The position numbers and the translations under genes were made by a program. A stretch of 64,000 nt of DNA, from the NCBI RefSeq assembly GCF_013315695.1, contig NZ_CP054353.1, one strand, 5' to 3'. The notes under the pieces are model-generated. The model saw only the letters and a program-made list of their open reading frames with translations. It was not told the DNA's origin and ran no database searches. Source of the DNA: Escherichia coli (GTDB lineage Bacteria > Pseudomonadota > Gammaproteobacteria > Enterobacterales > Enterobacteriaceae). Below, piece by piece: positions 1-10,289 of this stretch; position 1 is the first letter of the stretch; each line of letters opens with the position of its first letter.

Positions 1-1215
1 AACTTCAGCCGGATCGAGCTGTTTTTGCAGTGAATGGCCGGGTTGCAACGTCAACTCCATACCAATTCGGGTGTCATTTTCCCCCTGTTTACCCTGCCGT
101 TGCTCGGCACTAAAGGAGATCAGGGGAACGGGGGTGTAACTCAAACCTGCGGTAATCGCGTGAGGATCATTTTGTCGCTCGTCTTTACCAAACAGCGCCA
201 CTTCATCGCCATAATATTGTTCATAGACCAGCTTGCCGCCCAGCTGCGGCCAGGCCGGTAACCAGCCTTCGGCGCGAAGATCCCACCCGTTCGCCGGACG
301 TGCTTCATAGTCATTGTCGAGTTCCGGTGCACTACGCCAGTTACTGAGGCGCAGATAACCGTTGCCGCTCAGTTTCAGGTAATCGCGCCAGTATTCAACG
401 CCCATCCCGGTTCGGGTGTGATAGCGGGTCAGGTCATGATCGATAAACATATTGACGCCAGACATCCAGCTCGATGTGAAATAACGCCAGCCGATACCGT
501 GGTTGGTTTGAGTGCGATCATCCGTACGGTGAAGTGTGTGCTGGCTGAAGACCAGGTTATACGGCGTTTCGTACCAGGGATGGAGAAATTCAAATGACGA
601 GCTTTTAAGGCTGAAATCTTCATCCACACCAAGAGATACCCGGGCAGTTCCCCAACGACTGAGCCAGTCCGTTGCCTGCGCAGAGGCAGAAGAAGCCACC
701 CAGCCACGCGCCATACTCGCAGCCTGTTCGCTGTCCATATCGCGCGCTAAAAGTGTTCCGCTTTGCTGCGCCATTTCCGCGACCTGCATTTGCGGATCTT
801 TGCCGTCGCGCTCCATCTGCATTGCTTTCAGGTTGCGCGCTTCAGGGCTATTACTGTTAATGAGGGGCACATCTATTTCATCGCCCTGACGCACATTGTC
901 AAAGCCCCGAGCAAAGGTACGGAACTGATTCAGGCGACGTAATTCATCAACGGTGATACCAAAGCGTGCCGCGACCGTTGGTGGCGATTCCAACGCACCC
1001 AGGGTATATGGAATAGTTTTAACGTTCGGCAGGATCAGTGACGCGGCAGTATCCGAGTGCGCAGGGTTAATATGCGTAGGGGCAGCTGCCATAACAGGGA
1101 ATATAGTTTGTGTTATCAGGCAAATACCGGCGGTCAGACGACGTAAACGATCCCCCAATCCACATATGGTGTTATCGCCCCGACGATCGCCATTCCCATG
1201 AGCTTTCCCTGCCAT
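1..1215 (-). CDS. Intimin/invasin-family inverse-autotransporter adhesin, N-terminal part; gene continues beyond window start
   Basis: Minus-strand frame open from ATG at 1215 to position 1 (no in-frame stop in 405 codons, checked triplet by triplet; absent from ORF track because edge-truncated). Translation contains a LysM-like segment (KTIPYTLGALESPPTVAARFGITVDELRRLNQF...DNVRQGDEIDVP) followed by a beta-barrel-like region. Possible RBS AGGGA upstream of the ATG. Confidence 0.5.
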   Translation of the reverse strand, partial: MAGKAHGNGDRRGDNTICGLGDRLRRLTAGICLITQTIFPVMAAAPTHINPAHSDTAASLILPNVKTIPYTLGALESPPTVAARFGITVDELRRLNQFRTFARGFDNVRQGDEIDVPLINSNSPEARNLKAMQMERDGKDPQMQVAEMAQQSGTLLARDMDSEQAASMARGWVASSASAQATDWLSRWGTARVSLGVDEDFSLKSSSFEFLHPWYETPYNLVFSQHTLHRTDDRTQTNHGIGWRYFTSSWMSGVNMFIDHDLTRYHTRTGMGVEYWRDYLKLSGNGYLRLSNWRSAPELDNDYEARPANGWDLRAEGWLPAWPQLGGKLVYEQYYGDEVALFGKDERQNDPHAITAGLSYTPVPLISFSAEQRQGKQGENDTRIGMELTLQPGHSLQKQLDPAEV

Positions 1216-1416
1216 TTGTCATCCCTGTCGCTATGCGTTCAGATTAAATGACCTTTCTTTAACATGAGGGAAAATGATGATTCATGATTAGCAAATGATG
1301 AATACAGGCGGAATAATGGAAATAACAACAAGATAAGAACAATACCTGATCAAGGGTTATCAGGGGGAAGAACAGGAGAGCTTTCCCGCCAGAGCAATAA
1401 CCCTCCTGTAAATACG

Positions 1417-2601
1417 TTACTTCATTTTCACCTTTGCGGTGACCAATAACGCCGTCAGCAACATCAATGTGCCGGACAACATCAACGGCGAAGTCAGACC
1501 AATATTATCCAGCGCATAACCGCCGATTGCCGCGCCACAGGTATTAGCAAGCTGAATAACCGCCACCTGAATAGACCCGGCTTTTTCTGCCTGATCGGCC
1601 AGTGAGCGGGTGATCCACGTTGACCAGCCGACAGGAACCAATGCAAAAGTTAGCCCCCAGATAATCGCCACGCCGGTAGCAACGATTTTATCGCTTCCCC
1701 ACAACGTCAGCACCAACGCACTCACAGCCAGTATTAACGGCGCGCCTGCTAAGGCCAGTTTTACCGAACGTTTAAGAATGAACGACGAAAGCGACGTACC
1801 AATAAAGCTGGCGATACCAAAACTCAACAGCACCAGCGTTAAGCCATCCACGCCGAATCCCGCCAGGTTCATATACACCGGGCGAATATACGTGAAGAAA
1901 GCAAACTGCCCGGCGAAAGACATGAAGATGGCGATCATCCCTGCCATCACACCCGGACGTTGTAATAAGCGGAAAGTATTTTGTTTCTGATGCGAGGGTT
2001 CGCCTGGCAGCGAAGGCAATGATTTGATAATCCAGAAAATACACAGCACGCCCATCACCGCCGCCGCATTAAAGACATTGCGCCAACCGATAAGCTCGCC
2101 TAAAAAACTGCCCAACGGTGCGGCAATCACCAGCGCAATAGAAACCGCGCCGAAGATCACCGACAGCGCCTTCGGCACCGTACGCGGCGGTACCAGACGC
2201 ATGGTCAGCGACGCCGACATCGCCCAGAACCCACCCAGCGCCAGCCCCAGACAGGCACGACCGATTAAAAGCAAACTGAATGAGTTAGCAAAGGAAACCA
2301 GCAAGCAGGAGAGCGTCAGCAAAACGGCAAACAAAATAACAACATAGCGGCGGTCAGTGGCCTGAATTGTCTGGGTAATAAACAAACTGGCAAACATTGC
2401 CACAAAGGCGGTCACGGTCACCGATTGCCCGGCAACCCCTTCCGAAATGCCTAAATCCTGGGCCATTGGCGTCAACAAACTGACGGGCAAAAACTCAACG
2501 ATAATCAGACAGGCGACGCAAAACGCCACCGAGAAAACGGCTGACCAGTTCGGTCGGGTGATGGCATCCGCGCCGCGGTTTTCGGCAATAAATTCACTCA
2601 T
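1417..2601 (-). CDS. nepI: Purine ribonucleoside efflux pump NepI (MFS transporter)
   Basis: Translation [27 protein letters not shown]... recognised as NepI; 12-TM MFS-like hydrophobic profile. Start placed at internal ATG 2601 rather than ORF-track start 2649. Confidence 0.88.
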   Translation of the reverse strand: MSEFIAENRGADAITRPNWSAVFSVAFCVACLIIVEFLPVSLLTPMAQDLGISEGVAGQSVTVTAFVAMFASLFITQTIQATDRRYVVILFAVLLTLSCLLVSFANSFSLLLIGRACLGLALGGFWAMSASLTMRLVPPRTVPKALSVIFGAVSIALVIAAPLGSFLGELIGWRNVFNAAAVMGVLCIFWIIKSLPSLPGEPSHQKQNTFRLLQRPGVMAGMIAIFMSFAGQFAFFTYIRPVYMNLAGFGVDGLTLVLLSFGIASFIGTSLSSFILKRSVKLALAGAPLILAVSALVLTLWGSDKIVATGVAIIWGLTFALVPVGWSTWITRSLADQAEKAGSIQVAVIQLANTCGAAIGGYALDNIGLTSPLMLSGTLMLLTALLVTAKVKMK

Positions 2602-2879
2602 GGTGTTACCCGTGGCATGTTTCAGGGGAAAAGCCGACCACTTTAACATTGAAATGTGTGACGCATTTAACGTTTTTGCAACTTTTACGGTGTTGTGGGA
2701 AAAGTTCGAGGCTACTCGAAGAAATAAAAATCATAGGGCAAGGTGATATGCATTTTCGCAATGGGGTTGGGAATAAGGGATAAAGTATTGCACTTGGTGA
2801 TATACTTTAATAACAGGATCTCAACGATATACGCGTGTTTAAAACCAAATAGTTTGCAAGGGAAGCCAGGTCTCATGCA

Positions 2880-3188
2880 ATGACAGATGAAGAGTTGTGC
2901 CGGGCCATTTTAGAAACGGAACAAGGTAAAGCTGATGTACTTGGTGGTGGCGTTTTTAAAAAGCGCCTTCACCGAAATCGTGAGCGTGCAATTATTCTGG
3001 CAAAAGGGGGAAGCAATTGGTTTTACACGTTTTTATATGCAAAACAGGATATGTCGAACATCAATAGTCAGGAACTGGCTGGGTTTCGTGAACTTGCAAA
3101 GCATTATGCCTTCCTGACGAAAGCCCAACTAACAGCAATGATTAACACTAAAGAACTGACAGAGATCTGCTATGACTGCAAAAACTAA
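2880..3188 (+). CDS. RelE/ParE-superfamily (HigB-like) toxin candidate, 102 aa
   Basis: Small basic protein with LGGGVFKKRLHRNRERAIILAKGGSNWFYTF motif resembling RelE/ParE-type addiction toxins; 17-nt overlap with the downstream HTH gene; toxin-first gene order as in higBA. Confidence 0.5.
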   Translation: MTDEELCRAILETEQGKADVLGGGVFKKRLHRNRERAIILAKGGSNWFYTFLYAKQDMSNINSQELAGFRELAKHYAFLTKAQLTAMINTKELTEICYDCKN

Positions 3189-3495
3189 ATTTAAAAGTCC
3201 TGCATTTGAGGCTATTCACAGCGCAGCGGCTGGATTGTCCAGCGTCGATGCTATTTCTGCCGAAACGATGCGTACTTTTGACAAAGCCTGCCTGACCAGC
3301 GTGCAAGACTTACAACCTGTTGAGATAAAAGCACTGCGGGAAAAATTAAAAGTGAGTCAGCCCGTCTTCGCTCACTATCTCAATACCAGCGTTTCAACTG
3401 TACAAAAATGGGAAAGTGGCGCTAAACGCCCCAATGGCATTTCATTAAAACTGCTCAGCATTGTGCAAAAACACGGGCTGGAGGTGCTGCTGTAA
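3172..3495 (+). CDS. XRE-family helix-turn-helix antitoxin candidate (HigA-like), 107 aa
   Basis: C-terminal HTH_XRE-like segment (LREKLKVSQPVFAHYLNTSVSTVQKWESGAKRPNGISLKLL); overlaps upstream toxin-like ORF. Confidence 0.55.
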   Translation: MTAKTKFKSPAFEAIHSAAAGLSSVDAISAETMRTFDKACLTSVQDLQPVEIKALREKLKVSQPVFAHYLNTSVSTVQKWESGAKRPNGISLKLLSIVQKHGLEVLL

Positions 3496-3529
3496 ATAGA
3501 ACGTAGATAATGCGTTCACCTACTGTCAG

Positions 3530-3605
3530 TTCCAATACCGGATGCGGCGTGAACGCCTAATCCACCCTACAGGTCAGGCGCGGTCTGTAGGCTGATAAGA
3601 CGAAG
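3530..3605. repeat. REP (repetitive extragenic palindromic) element cluster
   Basis: CCGGATGCGGCGTGAACGCC-type palindromic unit between the antitoxin-like gene and yicN. Confidence 0.55.
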
Positions 3606-3610
3606 CGGTT

Positions 3611-4063
3611 TTAATGCAGCCAGTGAACGCCCTCGGCAGGCTGAAAGAACGCGTTATAGCGCATCTGAAAAGCATTAATATCCTGCATTTCAGGTTCGGT
3701 TTCGCGCAGAAAACCCAGCGCCAGCCTGACCTGAGCATCAGTAATCGGCGCGGCAAGGCGGGCTTTTTGTAAAATCCGATGCCATTGCAGCATGTTCTGT
3801 TCGCTACCATCGACAATGACAATTTGCCAGATGAGCAACACCTGCGCGGCGTTTTGCAGGTGCGACTCATCCGGGCGATGCAAATAACGTAAAAATTCGT
3901 CACCGGCTGACTTTCCCATTTGATCGACCATCGACTCCACGGGTACGACATCGATGTTCAGCCGATCGCTGAGACGGCGAATCGCTTTTCTGGCCCCGGA
4001 TGTCAGCACCCGAAAACCAATCACAAACACTACCGCCAGCGTGGCGAGCATTATCCAGATCAT
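3611..4063 (-). CDS. yicN: DUF1198 inner-membrane protein YicN
   Basis: Translation MIWIMLATLAVVFVIGFRVLTSGARKAIRRL...; GGAGAA RBS before ATG at 4063 (ORF track start 4090 rejected). Confidence 0.8.
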   Translation of the reverse strand: MIWIMLATLAVVFVIGFRVLTSGARKAIRRLSDRLNIDVVPVESMVDQMGKSAGDEFLRYLHRPDESHLQNAAQVLLIWQIVIVDGSEQNMLQWHRILQKARLAAPITDAQVRLALGFLRETEPEMQDINAFQMRYNAFFQPAEGVHWLH

Positions 4064-4115
4064 GAGTTCTCCTGCGTAATCAGAACTCATAATATCTGGA
4101 AACCCTCGCCAGTTA

Positions 4116-5450
4116 CTAATCCACCAGAATAATCTTCAGTGCAAACAGAGCTGCGACCACCACCACACACAGGTTCAGATCGCGCCAGCGCCCGGTGCAC
4201 ACTTTCATGATGCAGTACGACATAAAGCCGAGTGCAATCCCTTCGGTGATCGAGAAAGTAAAGGGCATCATCACCGTGGTAATAAATGCGGGCACCGATT
4301 CGGTAAAATCATCCCAGTTAACGCGCGCCAGGCTCGAAGTCATCAGCACGCCAACAAAGATTAACGCTCCGGCGGTTGCGTAAGGAGGAACCATCGCCAC
4401 CAGCGGTGAGAAGAACATAACCAACAGGAACATAACGCCGACCACAACCGCAGTCAGCCCCGTGCGACCACCGACAGCCACACCTGAAGTACTTTCAATA
4501 TAGGCGGTAACAGACGAGGTACCGATAAACGCACCCGCCACCGAACTGACGCTATCAACATACAGCGCCTTATTCATATTGGGGAATTTACCGTTACTAT
4601 CTATTAAGCCAGCTTTATCAGTTACACCAATTAATGTTCCTGATGAATCAAATAGGTTGATCAGCATAAAGGAGAAAATGATACCGGCGAGTTCAAGTGT
4701 TAACGCACCGCTCAAATCCACTTCACCAATGACGCCGCTAATATCAGGCGGAATGGAATAGACGCCGCTAAAATGAACATCACCGAAAAATAATCCACAG
4801 CAAGACGTCACCACAATAGAAACAAGCACCGCGGCATGAAAATGACGTGATGACAACACAGTTATAATAAAAAACCCTAAAATACCTAACAACACGCCGT
4901 GAGAACTTAAATCGCCAATCATCACCAGGGTGTCTTTATTGGCGACAATAACGCCAGTATTTTTTAATCCCATTAAGGCGATAAATAATCCGATTCCGCT
5001 GGTGATACCAATACGTAAACTTAATGGAATGTTGGAGATCATCCAGTACCGGATACGAAACAGCGTGAGCAAAAATAGCCCAACTGCGCCCCAGAATATC
5101 GCGCCCATCCCGGTCTGCCAGGAGATACCCATCGCCCCCACGACCACGAACGCAAAGAAGGCGTTCAGCCCCATTGCCGGAGCCAGCGCCACGGGTAAGT
5201 TAGCAAATATCCCCATCGCAATACTGCCGATACCGGCAATCAAACAGGTGGTAACAAACACCACTTTCGGGTCCATTTGTGCCGCGCCGAGGATTTGCGG
5301 GTTCACAAAAACGATGTACACCATGGTTAAAAAAGTGGTCATCCCCGCAATCAATTCTGTGCGGACGGTGGTCCCATGCTGAGGTAGTTTAAATAATCGC
5401 GAAAGCGTCCCTGATTCATTACTCACGTAATCGGTATTGTCATTATTCAT
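4116..5450 (-). CDS. adeQ: Adenine permease AdeQ (NCS2 family)
   Basis: Translation MNNDNTDYVSNESGTLSRLFKLPQHGTTVRTELIAGMTTF... recognised as AdeQ/YicO; start at ATG 5450 gives about 444 aa. Confidence 0.88.
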   Translation of the reverse strand: MNNDNTDYVSNESGTLSRLFKLPQHGTTVRTELIAGMTTFLTMVYIVFVNPQILGAAQMDPKVVFVTTCLIAGIGSIAMGIFANLPVALAPAMGLNAFFAFVVVGAMGISWQTGMGAIFWGAVGLFLLTLFRIRYWMISNIPLSLRIGITSGIGLFIALMGLKNTGVIVANKDTLVMIGDLSSHGVLLGILGFFIITVLSSRHFHAAVLVSIVVTSCCGLFFGDVHFSGVYSIPPDISGVIGEVDLSGALTLELAGIIFSFMLINLFDSSGTLIGVTDKAGLIDSNGKFPNMNKALYVDSVSSVAGAFIGTSSVTAYIESTSGVAVGGRTGLTAVVVGVMFLLVMFFSPLVAMVPPYATAGALIFVGVLMTSSLARVNWDDFTESVPAFITTVMMPFTFSITEGIALGFMSYCIMKVCTGRWRDLNLCVVVVAALFALKIILVD

Positions 5451-5624
5451 TTTTTTGTCCATTGGAGGAGATTTAATCCCTTGCTTTTGTAAAACAAATG
5501 ACAACAACGGTTCAGTGATAATTATCACATTTCAATTGCACATTAATGGATATTCTTTAATAATCTCGCGACGTTTCTTTATGATAAATAATAATCAAAT
5601 TGATAAAATCAAAATGAGAAAAAT

Positions 5625-7385
5625 ATGAATAATTCTATTAACCATAAATTTCATCACATTAGCCGGGCTGAATACCAGGAATTGTTAGCCGTTTCCCGTG
5701 GAGACGCTGTTGCCGATTATATTATTGATAATGTCTCTATTCTCGACCTGATCAATGGCGGAGAAATTTCCGGCCCAATTGTGATTAAAGGACGTTACAT
5801 TGCCGGTGTTGGCGCAGAATACGCTGATGCTCCGGCGTTGCAGCGGATTGATGCCCGCGGCGCAACGGCGGTGCCAGGGTTTATTGATGCTCACCTGCAT
5901 ATTGAATCCAGCATGATGACGCCGGTCACTTTTGAAACCGCGACCCTGCCGCGCGGCCTGACGACCGTTATTTGCGACCCTCATGAAATCGTCAACGTGA
6001 TGGGCGAAGCCGGATTCGCCTGGTTTGCCCGCTGTGCCGAACAGGCAAGGCAAAACCAGTACTTACAGGTCAGCTCTTGCGTACCCGCTCTGGAAGGCTG
6101 CGATGTTAACGGTGCCAGTTTTACCCTTGAACAGATGCTCGCCTGGCGGGACCATCCGCAGGTTACCGGCCTTGCAGAAATGATGGACTACCCTGGCGTA
6201 ATTAGCGGGCAGAATGCGCTGCTCGATAAACTGGATGCATTTCGCCACCTGACGCTGGACGGTCACTGCCCGGGTTTGGGTGGTAAAGAACTTAACGCCT
6301 ATATTGCTGCGGGTATTGAAAACTGCCACGAAAGTTATCAGCTGGAAGAAGGACGCCGGAAATTGCAACTCGGCATGTCGTTGATGATCCGTGAAGGGTC
6401 CGCAGCCCGCAATCTCAACGCGCTGGCACCGTTGATCAACGAATTTAACAGCCCGCAATGCATGCTCTGTACCGATGACCGTAACCCGTGGGAGATCGCC
6501 CATGAAGGACACATCGATGCCTTAATTCGCCGCCTGATCGAACAACACAATGTACCGCTGCATGTGGCATATCGCGTAGCCAGCTGGTCGACGGCGCGCC
6601 ATTTTGGTCTGAATCACCTCGGCTTACTGGCACCCGGCAAGCAGGCCGATATCGTCCTGTTGAGCGATGCGCGTAAGGTCACGGTGCAGCAGGTACTGGT
6701 GAAAGGCGAGCCGATCGATGCGCAAACCTTACAGGCGAAAGAGTCGGCGAGACTGGCACAATCCGCTCCGCCGTATGGCAATACCATTGCCCGCCAGCCT
6801 GTTTCCGCCAGCGACTTTGCCCTGCAATTCACGCCCGGAAAACGCTATCGGGTCATTGACGTCATCCATAACGAATTGATTACCCGCTCCAGCGTCTACA
6901 GCGAAAACGGTTTTGATCGCGATGATGTGTGCTTTATTGCCGTTCTTGAGCGTTACGGACAACGACTGGCTCCGGCCTGTGGTTTACTCGGCGGCTTTGG
7001 CCTGAATGAAGGTGCGCTGGCGGCGACGGTCAGCCATGACAGCCATAATATTGTGGTGATAGGTCGTAGCGCAGAAGAGATGGCGCTGGCGGTCAATCAG
7101 GTGATTCAGGATGGCGGCGGGCTGTGCGTGGTCCGTAACGGTCAGGTACAAAGTCATCTACCGTTGCCCATTGCCGGGCTAATGAGCACCGACACGGCGC
7201 AGTCACTGGCGGAGCAAATTGACGCCTTGAAAGCCGCCGCCCGTGAATGCGGTCCGTTACCCGATGAGCCGTTTATTCAGATGGCGTTTCTTTCCCTGCC
7301 AGTGATCCCCGCGCTGAAACTAACCAGTCAGGGGCTGTTTGATGGTGAGAAGTTTGCATTCACTACGCTGGAAGTCACGGAATAA
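5625..7385 (+). CDS. ade: Adenine deaminase
   Basis: 586-aa amidohydrolase-fold protein with metal-binding HxH motif ([12 protein letters not shown]); recognised as Ade. Confidence 0.9.
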   Translation: MNNSINHKFHHISRAEYQELLAVSRGDAVADYIIDNVSILDLINGGEISGPIVIKGRYIAGVGAEYADAPALQRIDARGATAVPGFIDAHLHIESSMMTPVTFETATLPRGLTTVICDPHEIVNVMGEAGFAWFARCAEQARQNQYLQVSSCVPALEGCDVNGASFTLEQMLAWRDHPQVTGLAEMMDYPGVISGQNALLDKLDAFRHLTLDGHCPGLGGKELNAYIAAGIENCHESYQLEEGRRKLQLGMSLMIREGSAARNLNALAPLINEFNSPQCMLCTDDRNPWEIAHEGHIDALIRRLIEQHNVPLHVAYRVASWSTARHFGLNHLGLLAPGKQADIVLLSDARKVTVQQVLVKGEPIDAQTLQAKESARLAQSAPPYGNTIARQPVSASDFALQFTPGKRYRVIDVIHNELITRSSVYSENGFDRDDVCFIAVLERYGQRLAPACGLLGGFGLNEGALAATVSHDSHNIVVIGRSAEEMALAVNQVIQDGGGLCVVRNGQVQSHLPLPIAGLMSTDTAQSLAEQIDALKAAARECGPLPDEPFIQMAFLSLPVIPALKLTSQGLFDGEKFAFTTLEVTE

Positions 7386-7386
7386 T

Positions 7387-7413
7387 AAAAAAAAGCCCGG
7401 CGTCATGCCGGGC
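7387..7413 (-). terminator. Rho-independent terminator of uhpT (possibly bidirectional with ade)
   Basis: GC-rich hairpin GCCCGGCG-TCAT-GCCGGGC followed on the minus strand by a U-run (A8 on plus strand). Confidence 0.6.
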
Positions 7414-7431
7414 AAAAGTCACCAGTTACGT

Positions 7432-8823
7432 TTATGCCACTGTCAACTGCTGAATTTTTTTCTCGCGGCGGATTTTGCGTTCTTCCATCACCGCCACTAT
7501 CGCCATCAGGCAGATACAACCAATCGCGGCGATATCCAGCGCGGCGAAGGTGCCTGCCCAGCCGGTAAGGCCAAATACCGGCGTCCCATCGGCAATCATT
7601 CCCAGACCTAACTTGGCAAAGCTGTCACCAATCAGGTAAGCGAAGGTGCCTTTAATACCATCGGCAGCGCCAATCGCTTTTTTAGGTACAAAGCCAACAG
7701 CAGCTACACCAATCAACAATTGCGGGCCAAAGACCAGGAAACCCAACGCAAAGAGAGAAGCCAGATAGATATATTGATTGCTGGCGTGTTGATACACACC
7801 GAGCGTGGCGATAATCAGCGCCAGCGCGATACAGGCCACCAGGCCACGGCGACCGTTCGCCAGGTCAGAGAGCCAGCCCCACAGCAGCGTACCGACCAGC
7901 GCACCAGCTTCAAACAGCGTAAAGCCCTGAATCGCCACCGCTTTAGAGAGTTTCAGTTCCTGGAACGCATACACGGTTGACCACTGGTCGATACCAATAC
8001 GCACCACATAGAGGAAAATGTTGGCAAAGCACAGCAGCCAGATCACTTTGTTTTTCAGCACATACTCAACAAAGATCTGCCACTTGGTCATATCGGTAGA
8101 TTCTGTCTCTTTATCCTCTTCACTGATCTCCTCGCCAAACAGCTCTTCAGCTTTGCCGAGGCCATAAGATTCCGGGGAGTCGCTGCCGTAACGCAGACCG
8201 ATAAAACCAACAATCAGCGCGATAATCGACGGGAAGATAAACATGCCGATAACATGACCATCGAACAGGTAATTTGCGCCGAACAGCGCCACACCTGCTG
8301 CGCCTGCACCGCCAAGGTTGTGAGAAATGTTCCAGAAACCGAGGAAGGTCCCGCGCTTACGACGCGGCGTCCATTTGGTGATGGTGGAGTAACTGCACGA
8401 ACCGCCGGTACTCTGGAAAAAGCCGCTTAAGGCGTAGAAGGCAATCATCAGGAACAGGCTAACCGAGCCGCTGCCCATACTGGCGCTGAAGCCCAGCATA
8501 CAAATGGCAGACAGGATCAGCATGAACGGCAGGAATTGTTTGGTGTTTTTGCCGTCGGCGTAGTAGGAAACCAGCGTTTTACCCACGCCATAAGTGATGG
8601 AGAAACCCAGGCCGATCATCCCCAGCTGCGTCATGCTCAACCCGTAGGTCGAAATCATATCGTTCTGCGCGATGTTAAAGTTCTTGCGAATCAGGTACAT
8701 CGTCAGGTAGCCGATAAAGACCACCAGGTAGGATTGCATGAACGGTTTGAACCACATTTTGCGCCGCACTTCGAGCGGAAGGTCCAGGGTCGGCTTGCGG
8801 ACCTGGTTTAAGAAAGCCAGCAT
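7432..8823 (-). CDS. uhpT: Hexose-6-phosphate:phosphate antiporter UhpT
   Basis: 463-aa MFS protein, translation [36 protein letters not shown]... recognised as UhpT. Confidence 0.93.
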   Translation of the reverse strand: MLAFLNQVRKPTLDLPLEVRRKMWFKPFMQSYLVVFIGYLTMYLIRKNFNIAQNDMISTYGLSMTQLGMIGLGFSITYGVGKTLVSYYADGKNTKQFLPFMLILSAICMLGFSASMGSGSVSLFLMIAFYALSGFFQSTGGSCSYSTITKWTPRRKRGTFLGFWNISHNLGGAGAAGVALFGANYLFDGHVIGMFIFPSIIALIVGFIGLRYGSDSPESYGLGKAEELFGEEISEEDKETESTDMTKWQIFVEYVLKNKVIWLLCFANIFLYVVRIGIDQWSTVYAFQELKLSKAVAIQGFTLFEAGALVGTLLWGWLSDLANGRRGLVACIALALIIATLGVYQHASNQYIYLASLFALGFLVFGPQLLIGVAAVGFVPKKAIGAADGIKGTFAYLIGDSFAKLGLGMIADGTPVFGLTGWAGTFAALDIAAIGCICLMAIVAVMEERKIRREKKIQQLTVA

Positions 8824-8960
8824 GGGTTACTCCTGAAATGAATACCTGCGTGAGGCATGCATTGTAAAAATCAGTAGCAAATCAGGCCTGAGATAGCGTC
8901 CAGGCAAAACCTGGAAAATTTCTTAGTTTTGCCGGATATGAAGTGAAAAGGTGAGATGCA
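8824..8960 (-). promoter_or_regulatory. uhpT promoter region (UhpA/CRP-dependent in E. coli)
   Basis: Intergenic region upstream of uhpT; assignment from known uhp regulation, individual binding sites not resolved. Confidence 0.35.
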
Positions 8961-10283
8961 TCACGCTTCTCGCGGTGTCTGGGCGTTCAAAAAGGGCAGT
9001 AACAGCAGTGCGGAAATCCCGGCGGCGATGGCGATAACCACAAAAAATCCGCTCCAGTGCCATGTATCGAGTACTTTCGCCAGCGGCCAACCAGCAAGCG
9101 ACGCACCAAGATAAGCAAACAAGCCGACAAACCCCGTCGCCGCCCCTGCCGCCTCTTTGTGGGAACATTCTGCCGCCGCCATGCCGATTAACATCTGCGG
9201 GCCAAAGACAAAAAAACCAATGGTGAAGAAGCAGGTTGCCTGCATCACGTAGCTGGCAAATGGCATCAGCCACAGCGAGCCGACTGAAAGCAAAATTCCG
9301 GCAGCGAAAATCAAATTCATCGGCCCGCGGTTGCCGTTAAAGAGTTTGTCCGAGCCCCAACCCGCTACCAGCGCACCGATAAATCCGCCCAGTTCAAACA
9401 TCGTCACAGCCGTATTCGCCGTGACCAGATCGACGCCCAGCGTCTCGGACATATACAAATTGCCCCAGTCGTTGATCGCCGCCCGAACCACATAGACCAG
9501 CACATAGCAAAACGAAAGCAGCCAGATATACGGATTCAGCAACACATACTTGGTGAGGATCTCTTTACGCGTCAGCCCTGCCCCTTCTTGTTGTTGAGCA
9601 ATCTCCAGCGCGTCGTGCCGCCATTCACCAACCGCTGGTAAACCTAACGCCTGCGGGCGATCGCGCAGCCGCCAGCAGAGAAAAATCCCCACGACGATCG
9701 CCATACAACCAGCAATCATCATCCCGGCACGCCAGCCGTAATGCAGCGCAGCTGCTGCCATCACAATGGGAATGAGCGCACCGCCAACGTTATGCGCCGT
9801 GTTCCATAATGCCCACCAACCCCCGCGCTCGGTACGAGAATACCAGGCCGTTAACAGACGCGCACACACCGGTGAACCCCAGCCCTGGAAAAAGGCGTTC
9901 AGCACCCAGAGCACGGCAAACGCCCATAGCGACGTCGAGAAGCCAAACAGAATGTTGATAATGCCCGTGGCAATAAGCCCTATCCCCATAAAATAACGGG
10001 CATTTGAGCGGTCGCTGACAATGCCGGAGACAAACTTCGACACGCCGTAGGTAATGTAAAACAGGGTCGCTAACAGGCCGATATCGCTACGGCTGAGCAC
10101 TCCATTAGCAAGGATTTCTGGTACGGCGGCGTTAAAACTTTTCCGCGTGAAGTAAAACAGCGCGTAACCCAGCCAGATGGTCAGCAGAATATGCCGACGC
10201 CAGTAGCGATAGCGGGCATCAATTTCATGTTTATCAGTCATTAATGGCGCATCGGCAGGCGCTTTCAGAAACGGCAACATCAT
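8961..10283 (-). CDS. uhpC: Glucose-6-phosphate sensor membrane protein UhpC
   Basis: 440-aa MFS-like protein paralogous to UhpT, in uhpABC order. Confidence 0.9.
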   Translation of the reverse strand: MMLPFLKAPADAPLMTDKHEIDARYRYWRRHILLTIWLGYALFYFTRKSFNAAVPEILANGVLSRSDIGLLATLFYITYGVSKFVSGIVSDRSNARYFMGIGLIATGIINILFGFSTSLWAFAVLWVLNAFFQGWGSPVCARLLTAWYSRTERGGWWALWNTAHNVGGALIPIVMAAAALHYGWRAGMMIAGCMAIVVGIFLCWRLRDRPQALGLPAVGEWRHDALEIAQQQEGAGLTRKEILTKYVLLNPYIWLLSFCYVLVYVVRAAINDWGNLYMSETLGVDLVTANTAVTMFELGGFIGALVAGWGSDKLFNGNRGPMNLIFAAGILLSVGSLWLMPFASYVMQATCFFTIGFFVFGPQMLIGMAAAECSHKEAAGAATGFVGLFAYLGASLAGWPLAKVLDTWHWSGFFVVIAIAAGISALLLLPFLNAQTPREA

Positions 10284-10289
10284 CGAACC

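Noticed and set aside
1610-2347. Plus-strand ORFs of 126 and 107 aa
   Set aside because: Inside and antisense to nepI.
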